A DNA stretch of 63,534 bases, counting the filler, from Trichosphaerium sp. ATCC 40318 (taxonomy: Eukaryota > Protista > Tubulinea), in assembly GCA_038496445.1 (NCBI GenBank). It is 4 parts of 4 records of this genome, joined end to end, with 100 filler letters (N's around TTAATTAATTAA, not from the genome) between each part and the next. Parts side by side here need not be neighbours in the genome. Positions count along the whole stretch, not along the records: positions 41,619 to 61,834 come from JALMLS010000010.1; 3 more parts are not named here. One strand, written 5' to 3'. Below, piece by piece: positions 41,619 through 53,515 of the stretch (position 1 is its first letter; every line of letters starts with the position of its first letter). The translations under genes and the position numbers were made by a program. A model generated the notes under the pieces. That model made no database searches, was not told the origin of the DNA, and saw nothing but the letters and a program-made list of their open reading frames with translations.

Positions 41619-42058
41619 TGAGTCATGTACATTTACTTAATTAGGAAGTTGACGTGTAACAATATGTGGGTAGTTTTGGATGTAAAAAAACGCGTCTAGA
41701 GGATTACAATGAAGCCAACATCTTTTCCTTTCACCATAACATAACTGAACCGGCTACGAATGAATGAAGGTTTTGTTTATTAAGTCTATGTCTACTTTTA
41801 AGACCGGTAGCTGTTTTCGAGTTTGTAGTTCGTCAACCTGGCCAGTATTCAAGGAGTGGCCATCATCTAGATTGTTGATGAAAACTTTGACAGAGAAAAG
41901 GATACGATACAAATAAAAAGTGACAAACAAAAAACAATGGTGCAACACACTTTAAAATAAAAGTAGACATTTGTTGAGGTAAAACTAGACTTTTTAAAAG
42001 ATGGATATCACAAAAGTTCCACTATTGAATTATATTAAAAGTACTTACAAGTAAATGA

Positions 42059-44462
42059 TCAAAAGGTGTGTTTATTATTTGTTAATGTTTTTTGTTGTTT
42101 TGCATTCAAAGTCCAGTTTACAGGCATCCATTGCACTGACAGCAAATCCTCATAAATGTTGTCTCCTTGTTCATCATCATAATTTATTTCCCATAATCTA
42201 TATTGTGCTGAATAACATTCTACAATACCTTTATACCAACCAATGCTTTCTACATTATTGTTAAATTATTTAAATTATATGTAGTACCTAGATCTGAATC
42301 TTCTGCAGTCCAAAAAACTGTTATTAGCTCTCCAACAATATCTAGCACATCTGTATTTGGTAAGTTTTGAACAACAGAAACACGTCTTTTTTTCTTTTTT
42401 GGAGAAAGCCATGATTTGTGACGTTTTTTTGGATGAGATATGGTTATTCGATTGGTAGTATACAAATCAGTATTGCCTACAAACTGTCATACAATAAAAT
42501 AACATATGTTCATACTAGCTAAATTGCAATATTGATATTGATAACTTTTATCATTTACCCAAACCAGAAAATCATAAGTGGGATTTGCTGGTTTTCCAAA
42601 ATTGATTTCTAAAGATTGCCAATATTGTCGTACTTCTGGTTCATGTATATATGGTAAAAACCATCTAATATTGTCAATTTTGACTTCTGTTATTGCTTTG
42701 GGTTCAATAATAGTTGGTAAAGTTGTTGGTATGTTTTTCTTAAAAACTAACTCTGCAGGCCTTTGTTTTGTCTAAAATGATTGTTAACAACAAGTATGTG
42801 TGTATATGAACATACCTCCCATGGCTCTGCTGATTGTGCAAAGTTTTTACATGCTAAATACACTTTACCATCAAGTTTTTTAAACAATTTATAAGCATGA
42901 GGCAATTTATGTCCTTTCATATGTCCAACATAATCTGTCATCCAGGTTTTTATGTCCCAAATGTTTGAAAAACTTTGAACAATTGGTTTATCTTTCATAG
43001 AATACACAGTTTGTTGAAGTTGCTTTGGCCAAAACACATCTACACTTCTTATTTTTTTTTTTAAACAACCAAAAAACTGATCTATATCAGTATGAGTGTG
43101 TTCCTAAAAAGTTATTAGCATATTTTCTTCTTTTTTCACATACTTGTAATAAAAAGTAGATATGAATTTCTTTGAATATGTTTTTTGTAATCAACCATGC
43201 TAAAGTGAATACCATCCATTGATTTTTGACTTCTCTACTACAATTATCTGCCTAATACACACTTATACTTTGTTTTTGATGAAAATAAGGTACTGTTATT
43301 GTTAATATTGGAGGATGTTGTCTATTTTGACAATGGTATTGTTCAATGCTGAATTTTAAATGCCACAATAAGGTAGATACAGAAAAATTTGCATCTTTAG
43401 AATATTGAGATTCGTAACATATAAGTAAATTCTTTAAGCGCAATCCGTGATTATGAAATCCTAAAACCATCAATATACACAAATTATATAGATAATACCC
43501 ATTGAATGTATATCAAACTTAGGTATTCTACTGAATTTTTTTGGACATCTTGCAAAATGAGGTAATTGTATTCCATCAGTTCCATCCATTGCAATGCTCA
43601 TTAATTCATCAGGAGTAGTTTTAGCAATTAGTTTTCTTTTTTGATATTCTATTCTTTCTCCTTTATGTAAACGCACATGACTTTTGTAATCATCCAAAAA
43701 CATGGTGCGTTGTTCTGTAGTAGTAGACCATTTGATCAATTGTTGTAAATACTCACAAGTATCACAATGACACAATCTACATATATTAACTCACATTTGT
43801 TATTGTCCAAGTACTTGGTTCGATATCCGAATTTGACATTTGAAAAATGACAAAGTAAAGTGTTATTGAATGTTGAAAATGATGGCACATTTTCTTCTTG
43901 ATCATCTACAAACTGTGCATATAAGCTTTCTTTAGTTTCATGATTTTTTAGTAATATCTACTTTAAGTTATTTAAATTTTTTGAATAACAACATACTTTG
44001 TCTTGATTTGGCATATAATCAGCATACAGTATATAGTTGTTAATCCAAGCAATGCATCTATTTGTTTTTTCTGCTGTTTTTATACCGATGTTACCATGAG
44101 GTGCTGGAAATTCATTACATAAAGCTAACTGGGCAGCTTTTTCTAATTTATGCTTGGTGATACCATAAATTACTTGAAAAGCACTTCGACATACTGATCT
44201 TCCTCTATAAGCTATAAATCCAATTGATATTAAATAGTATTTTGTACTTGAATTTATATTGAATATGTTTTTTCCCTGGTATTGGCACCATTCCCACCAA
44301 CAAGTTTTTTAAAAATATAGTTCTAGCATATTCATTTTGAAGTAAATAAGCTTTTCTAGCACTGGCTATATGTTGTGCAGAAATATGTTGTTTACAATTG
44401 CATTGACAAGCCAAAGATGCATATGCATTTGCAATACCAGCTTGAGTATACTTTTCATTGTC
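42059..44462 (-). CDS. Intron-split DDD transposase (Sola-like/DUF7869-type) with C-terminal Tudor-like domain
   Basis: VCRSAFQVIYGI, HGN.G, CDTC, SIAMDGTD, ADNCSREVKN, HTHTDIDQFF motifs; 5' start not resolved. Confidence 0.75.
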
Positions 44463-44488
44463 CTAGTATTTTCATTAATTTATCTGGT

Positions 44489-44720
44489 TATATGATATCC
44501 AGTTTAAAAATCTAGTTTTGTGAATATATGAAAACCACATAAGTAATTATGGTAACCAAAAACTGATTATATGATATCCAGCTTAAAAATCTAGTTTTGT
44601 GAATATATGGAAACTACATAAGTAATTATATGGTAACCAAAAACTGATTATATGATATCCAGCTTAAAAATCTAGTTTTGTGAATATATGAAAACCATAT
44701 AAGTAATTATATGGTAACCG
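44489..44720. repeat. Tandem repeat, 79-81 bp x ~2.9, inside the transposon
   Basis: TATATGATATCCAG.TTAAAAATCTAGTTTTGTGAATATATG... starts at 44489, 44568 and 44649. Confidence 0.92.
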
Positions 44721-45477
44721 GAAACAAGGTTGGCCATCAATAAAATCAGTTTTGGTAAAAAGGTTGTTTTCAATTTGAATCAAGATGATTTTCACATAAA
44801 AGCCCCAATAGCTTGTACAAACTGATCTTTTATGTTGTTTTAACTACTCAATACCTTTGATAAGATGTACATCTATAAACCAAAAGTGTAACACGCTATT
44901 TCTACACAGGCAGTCAATTCAAGTAAATTGTGCTGTATTTTCAAAACAAATACCAGAGACGGCACTGTGGACCATGGAGAGTACGTACAAAACCAATGCC
45001 GTTTTAGCTAGCGCCCACTCACTACAACGGGTTTAAATTCCACTAAAATTTAAGCGGCTGGGTAAAATACAAGGAGCGCTGTGATAACAACACCACAGGC
45101 TCTATTCCGCCGTTTTTCGCCAAATCTAATTATTTTTCGTTAATCCGTGGAGATATCACTTTAAACGCCACGACGTTGCTACAGCGCCCAAAAGCGCTCT
45201 TAAACGCTGCAATTTTAAAAAACAAAACGATTTTAGCCTGAACGATTTTTCAACACAACGACGCTCAAACAAACGCATGCTACACGGAATTTTTACGTCT
45301 AGCCTAAATTTTTTGCTCCGCTGGGCTTTTTTTTCTCAGCCAAGGCTTTTTGGCTGTACTGCAAAAAATATTTCTATTACCGTGCCTTTGATGTGTTGCT
45401 TTTGCCAAGTTGTTTATATTTGAATAGAAATTCTTGATGCTCCAAGCTCTTCCGAGTCAACAAGTGAAAGAAGCTCG

Positions 45478-46818
45478 ATGAATGGCAAGTTTATGGTAGA
45501 ATCTGCTGGTTGTATAGATTGTACAAACAAGGATGCAGTTTCATTAAAAGCACTGTTACAGTATATGAAGGAATCTGCTGTTCATAGCACTTGGTGGTTA
45601 AAAGATGTTGGTAGATTTGTGTGTGGCATCACTGCAACAGGCCAAGTACATACGTTTGTATACAAATAGGAATGTTAGCTGTTAAGGTACCTTACCATAT
45701 AATTTCTACATAGTTGTTTATTTTTTGTAGCAAATGAAAGCTAGAAAACAATTTGTTGCTGAAGCATTGGAAAGTGTTGAGTCTACAACAATTGGCCAAT
45801 TTGCCAAAAGTATGCGAGATCACTTACGTATTGGTGGTGATAAAATGAAAACATGCACAAAGGAGGAGATTAAACAATGCTATATACTAGCCAAGGTAAT
45901 ATATACTTAGATTTTAAAGGCCTTATTCACCATAGGATTATGTGTATTGTCATGCAATGTCTAGTACTAACACGCACTATTTTGGAGTTTTCAACGGTAT
46001 TGGCTACAATGACGTTTCTCGTACAGCTGTAGCAGTCGTGTTAAAAGGAGCAGATGTAACAAAAATTGGAGATAAATTGACAATTAAAAATGGTGCTACT
46101 GGTACAGTACAGTTTGTACATAACAAAAGCTCTCGTATACATGTTATGTTAAAAACTCCAATGGGGATGCAATCAATTTCAATTAGTAAAACGGTACCGC
46201 CTTCACCAACTGACCAAGGAATTAAAAGAAAGAGAAGCCAGATCGATGAAGTAAACAACTGGATTAAGGTACTACTTGCAGGTTTTGTTTATAAAATTAA
46301 AGAAATGTAGGAAAAACCATCAAAAAAACCCAAACTTCAGGTAAGTACTTTCTACTTTATGAAAAATTGGTAACCATGTATTAATAGAACGTTCTTAATA
46401 CAAAATTGGCCTCTGATGTTAGTAAGTTGTTTGACTTACTTACAAATTTGACTACAAGTCACGGAGTAATTGTCAGTGAGCTAAAGACAGTTTCTTCTTC
46501 ATTATCACAAGTGATAAACAATTATGAAGCAGTAACTACATTGTTGAAAAAAGAAAATGCTTGTTTACAAAACAACTTTGCTGACTTGGCCGATGAATTA
46601 GCTGTCATTAAAAAAATGATCAAGGTATGGTTTTTTTATAACAACCACTTTAAAGTACATTGTAGAAAATACCAAATAAGGATAATTCTGTTATTGAAAT
46701 AGACTTAAATGAAGATCAATATGATCAATCAGATGATGATGAACTAAGTGAAGATGAACTAAATAACTCTGATTATTTAAAACAGTTGGCAACAAATTTT
46801 TTTGATGAAAACCAATAA
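45478..46818 (+). CDS. Second transposon-borne gene of unknown function (NLS, coiled coil, acidic tail)
   Basis: Several GT-AG-bounded open exons; KRKRS, heptad segment LLKKENACLQNNFADLADELAVIKKMI, tail EDQYDQSDDDELSEDE. Confidence 0.55.
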
Positions 46819-46934
46819 ATAATACTTTCTGCATTTGTACTGGTTTTTTGCTTATTGTAAATTTTTTATTGTATACACCACTTTTAAGGTGAAAAAGTAC
46901 ATACAAATGACTGTGTAATACCACCTTTTTATTG

Positions 46935-47519
46935 GTATATACCACTTTTATGGTATGCTTTAAGAAGGTTATTAAGGAGCTTTTTGGTAGTGGGTGAGGT
47001 TGAACAATCACAGACATCATACATTAAACAGTGTGTAGGGATCTTAGTATATCATAAAATCTAACCAAACAAATCTCATTCGAACCAAAGGATTTGATTC
47101 CAATACCACCATTAAGGAACCTATATTACAGGTATTATACAGACGTTCGTGGGTACCAGACAAAGTTTTATTTTATTGTTGGTTGATATACATTAACTAG
47201 CCTACATAGGCCTTAGTAATTGATGGATTAAGGTGAAACTACTTTCATTAGGTGCACAGCATGTTTTTATAGTAGTTACAGCAAGATCATGGAGATGAAC
47301 AAATTTTCCAAACACCCATAGTAATGTAACTGTAGTGGACATTGTTCAAAACTTGTAACTCCCAAACTGTGTATTAAATAAAGTATTTTCTGGAATTAAT
47401 ATACCAAGGTTTCTACACACTGTTTAATGTGTGTCATCTATGATTATTCAGTGTGAAAACCCACTACAAAAAGTCTTCTTAATGACTTTCTTGAAGCATA
47501 CCATAAAAGTGGTATATAC
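46935..47519. repeat. ~105-bp imperfect inverted repeat pair (46935-47038 / 47413-47519)
   Basis: GTATATACCACTTTTATGGTATGCTT...CATTAAACAGTGTGTAG and its reverse complement. Confidence 0.85.
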
Positions 47520-50500
47520 TTTGGCAATAAATATAAAAAGAGTTGCAAGTATGAGATAGTAAAGAAAAAGATATTACATAGATGTTAAAAGCTGCACACA
47601 AGAAAAAATGAAATGGTACAAGCAAACATTATGTAGTAAATCAACATGCTTATCACATTCAAAATGTATGGTTTTATTTTTACAAATGTCTACTTTTATT
47701 TTAAAAGGTGTTGTGCAATTTACATATTTGTTTAAAATTACTACTGAAATTTCTGTGTATCACGTGCATGAAAAAGTACTCTTTTGATTTCTGCTGCACA
47801 GTTTTCAGGAGTAGCTCTAGGGTACATACTAGTCCTTGTAGAGAAGTAGTCGAGCGACTGAAACATGAGTACTGAATTCTTGATAGCACAACAAGTACAA
47901 TCTTCGCTGTATCCCGTACGAAAATAAGAACGAAACAAATACAAGCCCTCAACCTCAGGAAAGCACGGTGCCTTTATCCAGCTGATATTCACGTGAGGTA
48001 ACTACCACGATACAAAATAACGACAACACCTTTTGTCTACCTACATTGCTACAGAGATCTTTTTGCAGCTGAAAGTTTGGTTTCGGGTTTAAGCCATTTC
48101 CGTAGGCTACTTAACACTGTTTCTTTCATGTTTATAAAGACAGGATTAAACTAAGCGATATAGCGAATACGGAGATATTGTTTCACGTGATAAAACCGGT
48201 TTTTCCAAATTAATAGTATCCATCAAAACTTCGTTTTAAAACTGTTATGACAACGTTACACATACCGTTGAGTACGTTGTCCGGGTGTTTCCGGATCCTT
48301 TGACTGTCCTTGAAAAGTTTTATGACACTCGTTAATAATTTACCTTTTAATCATGAAGTGGTATAGCTGTAGTGTTGTTTTTGTACATAGTTTTTGGGGA
48401 CAAACATTTTCGCATTATCTGCAAAAAACGTTTTAGGCCAATCACGTTTTCCCTTTAAAATTAATAATTTAAGGATATACACTTGCGTATGGACATGTTC
48501 TTATGTTTTTTAAAGGGATTTCAATAGTGTTAATCCCAAAACGAAACAAACACTTTTTTTTTCTTGGTTTAAACAACAGTTCTCTTTATTTTGCTGCTTT
48601 ATATACGTTACATAGAAGCGCCGAAACAGAGTACACAAACACAGTGAATCAAAAACTAAAATAATAGAGTCCTAAAAGATTAATAAGCACGACAACAATG
48701 TAAGGAATACGAACCCTTCCTCTATTATCTACTTTTTAATAATGGGGATTTATAGACAGAAGCCGATTTTAGCTGCCTTGGTTATTCATAGTGATTGTAG
48801 TGATAACCAAGGCGCTATATGACGGTCATAGGCTTCTTTTGTAAGAGGCGAGCTACTAAACATGAGATTAGAGGTTTCTTTAGGGACCGCTGTCGTTGTA
48901 TGCATACCTTATCCGTACGTTAGACCAGTTTGATTCGCCTGGTTGTCTTCAAGAGCACTTTTCTTTTTTGCTAATGTTTTTGTTGTAAAACAAAGGAAAA
49001 AGTGTAGCGTCGAGAGTGAGGTAAGTCGCCTGTAAAGATTAGGTTGTTTATTTTAGGTCATTAAGTATACGTAGTGAGATTAATTGTTTCTTTTTTGATC
49101 GCTTGGTGGCGTACATTTTTTGGGCGAATGCTAGCAAAGGGTACGGTTTTGCAAGTTGAAAAAAAAAAGATCGGAATGGAACAAATATTAAAAACGGTTC
49201 GACATCACGTGATGGTAAGTTTCAGCGAGCTAAAGTAAAAAAAAAACTTATGCTCACTTCGAATAGTTGAAAAAAATATAATGATGTATCGTGGGCGTGC
49301 AAATGGCAACGAGCTCACGGGCGAAAACGTCTTGGGAAAAGTGCTACCTTTGCTGCGTATGGTAAAAAAAACAGTGTAAATGGCGTCAACTAAAATAACG
49401 AACTAGGTTTTTAAGATATCACGTGTGCGATCTTTTTGTCGTTATACAATACACACTCAAGTTGGGGTTTTGCTATCAAATATTCAATGGGTACGAGCGA
49501 TACCATGCGTGTTTTTGAACGAAAAAAATAAAAAAAATACGGTTTTGTTGACAACTTTTACTGCCAACTAGTAATAGTGTTTTGTGGGTTTTTTGGTTTG
49601 TTTAAAAATTAGGGACTCAAAAACTAGAATTGGAAGGCACTCGTAGCCTTGTTATTACGTTTAACAAGTGGTTTCAATAATTAAACAAATTTTCATACGT
49701 CAAAGCTTTTAGTTTGTTTTATTGCAAGGACGAAAAGAAGAGCTCGAGAAGAAAAAAAAAAATTTACAAAAAGATCTTGTTGAAAAAAAACTTTTCCTCT
49801 TTCGAACCCTATCCTCTTTTTTTTCCTTTTTTATCACGAACGTCAAGCCGCTTTTATCCTTCTTAATCACAAAGAATTTGAATCCATTTGGCTACATTTT
49901 AAGCCATGAAACCATCACTTAAGCATGCGTAAGTTGTCACCAAACAAAACGTTTTGGTTTTTGTGGTCTTTTTTATGGAAGTTTGAAACTAACCTGAAAG
50001 CCAGCGTCTGCTTTAATAAACATTGCGATCCGTACGTCCTTTGTCAAGCTTCACTAGGGTCATGTTTAGACTTTTCTCGTTACATAAAATTTAAAAAAAT
50101 CACGTGATAAAAAAGATACGCTGTAGTGGTATTAAAAAAAAACAATGTCGGTGATCTAAGGGAAACTGGTACGAAAAAAAAACCTGAAAAAATATGATTT
50201 AGGCTTACTTTTCTTTTGATTAAACTCGTTGTAGGTAAATGGCATACGATGGAGGCTCCCTAGCACACTAGTAGTAAAATTTTTGTGGCGCTAAACAAAA
50301 GAAATCATAACGTTCTCCAAATCAACATGAGACACATGTGTCTTCATGCTTGACTCCATTGATGGCAAATATTTTATATCGGCGGAAGCGTCATTATTGC
50401 AGACTATGTCATTTTAACTTATCATGACAGGTAGCTGAGCGCTAGCGCACACTTGTTGTAGCAAAAAAAAGTGGACTTTTTCAGGCAAGTATTTGTGTGA

Positions 50501-51976
50501 CTTACTATTGTTATACAGCGGTCAATACGAAGTGATAGTGCTATTCACGCATGACAATGAAACATAAGAAATAATTAGATGTCTTTTCGAATCGCTCATG
50601 CCTCAATGACGCGCTGTACAATGAGGAACTGTTGATAAAAATAACGTTGTAGGTAAACTATTTTGTTAAATGAGTTGTGCAGTTTAGAAGTTCCAAAGAC
50701 GTCAACAAACAGCTGATTTAGGTAAATATCGCCGTAGGGAACTCGAGTGACCCTTTTTGTATTGACAAAAAGTTGAAAAGGTACAAAAGTAGCCTACAAC
50801 TAGCACCGAGCGTAGAGCATGTTTTTTGTTTCTTTTGTCCTTTAGTTTTTTTGAAAAGAAAGCAACAAAAAAAAATCTCGTTCATGACTTCTTTTCTAGG
50901 TTGGTAGATGAGCTACAATTCTATTGGGGTGATATGTGTCAATACTATAACTATGTGTACTATCTTGAAACGTTTCCGTTAATAAATCTATCACATGTCA
51001 CGCACACTGAAGCTTCGCAAGTTTTTTTGCTGATGTTTTTAACGTAATTTTCCATCCTTCGTTTTAAACTGACGCATCATTTATAAACTCCGCTACATGA
51101 TATATAAATACGTGTGTACCTAGGCCCCAAAAACGAAAAATGGCAAAAAGAAAAAATCAAATCTGAAAAAAAACCAGAACAAGACTTTGCTCTCTAACAC
51201 CGCGTATTCACGTGGAGTTCCCTACCCGAAGAATTCCGCTTTCTCTGTAAAAATGGATTGACAAAAATAGAAAAAACAAAAGCATCACATCGCAAGGCCA
51301 GCACAGAGTGCCATCAAAACTTAGGTTTGTTCTATCTCATTTTTTTACGAAGGATTTTTGTTTTTGCTTAGTTTGCAGTACCGTATCACAACCACCGCTT
51401 TGCTGCACCAAGTTAAATACGCACAAATCACTTGTGATCTAACGGAAATTCTTAAATCTGTAAGGAATTTGTTAGCACATCATGACGTACATGAAAACTA
51501 GCAGAATTTTTTTTTTGAACAAAAATGTTGAAGTTTCATCTTTTATGTTTCACGTTTTCGGTTTATTTCCAAAAGGTAAAATACACTTAACATTGTACTA
51601 TCTAAGCTTTTATACGGAGATTGGAGTGGGTAAACTTTTTTTTCCGGGCGTCACTTTCTAGGAGATGAATGTTTAATTTTTTGCAAAGCAGAAAAAAAAA
51701 GTTTCAAACACAACGATGAACAGGACGCTCACCTACAAAGTAAGCCTATTATTTTTTGCTTTAACGGATACGGTTTATAACAGTGAACATATCCTCGTAA
51801 GTTTCTTGTCCCTACAACTGCAACTATGCCCCTAAATACTTATAGAATTAAAAAAGACGCCAAAGAAAATAAATCAAAATGTCATGTATGTGCATTAAAA
51901 AGATTATTTTATCAAAATTATTGGCCTTTCTATCCATAAAATTCAAGCACAAACTACAGCAACAACAAGAAAGAAA

Positions 51977-52423
51977 ATGTTTACATCCCATAACCTCTCT
52001 TCTGCATCTGCACGTGCAAATCAATTCGCCATAAAAAACACTAGAACCTCGAGAGTAAAGCGCCCGTGGATATTCAAGCCAGCCGTCGAGTTTGTCCATG
52101 AGACAGAGCGCTATCAGCTCACTTACCACCGATCAGCAGGTACACAGCCCCATTTTGCTCTTTATTTTACTAATCCAAAATTGTTAGTGAGCAAAAAAAG
52201 GTACAACGTGAGGAACCCGCAAGTAATGAGATACAAGAACAGCCATTACAACGGTAGAGCCATAGGTTTGGAAACATTAACAACATTCGAGTGCGAACCA
52301 CAAAAGGAAGTCAGAACAAAGCTATTTCACAATCCAGCGCCAGCTATGGACGTTTTCGTACATTGGAGAAGGTTTGTCTTTGTATATCATAGCACAGGGG
52401 ACGTTGAAAACAACCGTTGTTAG
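51977..52423 (+). CDS. Hypothetical protein, possibly with upstream exons from ~51716
   Basis: 148-codon ORF in AT-rich context; no recognised family. Confidence 0.35.
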   Translation: MFTSHNLSSASARANQFAIKNTRTSRVKRPWIFKPAVEFVHETERYQLTYHRSAGTQPHFALYFTNPKLLVSKKRYNVRNPQVMRYKNSHYNGRAIGLETLTTFECEPQKEVRTKLFHNPAPAMDVFVHWRRFVFVYHSTGDVENNRC

Positions 52424-53515
52424 TACAATACTTTGTTTCATTAATAATAAAACAACTTTGCTTTAATGATTTTTTCCACTGTTCGTTAGTACCGCTTGGT
52501 TCACGTGACACGTGATACGCCAACAATAGGCTTTTTTATTTGTGTTGTATGGGTGTTTTTTATTTCACTACCACTGGTACACTTGTGACGCGTGGAGATG
52601 GGTTACTATCCTGTTTAAAACTCTTTTGATTATAAACTACTTCTGTCTCGGGAAAAACGGTCGCTGTCAAAGCATTCTTGGGCCCAGAATGGCTCTTTGA
52701 TCATATACAACAATTGCTATAGCATGAGAGGATATATACAAGCCAACTAGCGTATACATAGGGTGTACTTTGTAGTAAAACTGCGAAAGGAAGCTTTTTT
52801 TGTTAGGAACATCAAAAACTTGTGTACGCCGAAGTATAAACTACCTTGCTGCTGTTTATACCAACCGTTTTTAAGACTGTTTTGGCATTGGCAAAAGCGC
52901 ACAACCTGTAGTAATGTCAGCTGTAATAACTTATGCTAGAAAGTCGTTTATTCGTTTTTATACGCGTGCGTGTTTATTGTGGAGTGGGTGGTACGGGCAT
53001 AAAACGATTTGGAAGAAAACCTCCCAATGGAGAAACTCACAAAAAGCCACGAAAGACAATTCGTATTGTATAAATACGCTCGGTCGATATTTCACAGATA
53101 AAAAAAACGAGTGTTAACGGATTTGAAAAAAAAAATTGGGGAACTCGGATTTGTCGGGCAAATCTGTCGTTTATTAGTGTAGCACTCTGTTTTGAGTAGT
53201 ATTGGTATGTATTTTTGAGTCGGACGCCAATATACCGCTTATTGAGACTATCGAAAACAGATCTCGTAAATCCGGGAAAAAGAAGATAGTAAGACTGTTT
53301 TCGAGTAGGACGTAGCTGGAAGTATTTTATTTGACGGAGTTTAGGTACTAGATTTGGTTTAAAACCATTTTTATTTTAATCACGTGTAAAGATACAATAA
53401 ATGTACGTAATGCAATAGAAACATTAAAAATACCATACACAAACAAAAAAACAACAAAAACACTGATCACTTTACAAAACTGCTCTCGCCGCTTTTTTTT
53501 ATTTTTTATTCGTTC

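Larger units (their letters stand above)
41944..47712. mobile_element. Complete TIR DNA transposon (Sola-like), 5769 bp
   Basis: TIRs 41944-41974 (AACACACTTTAAAATAAAAGTAGACATTTGT) and 47682-47712 match at 29/31; GTGC directly flanks both ends (41940-41943, 47713-47716); internal DDD transposase. Confidence 0.85.

Noticed and set aside
44489-44720. Possible CRISPR-like array
   Set aside because: Units are contiguous with no unique spacers; eukaryotic context.
45478-47700. Fanzor/TnpB nuclease as transposon cargo
   Set aside because: No RuvC motifs or CxxC zinc-ribbon pair visible in the second gene.
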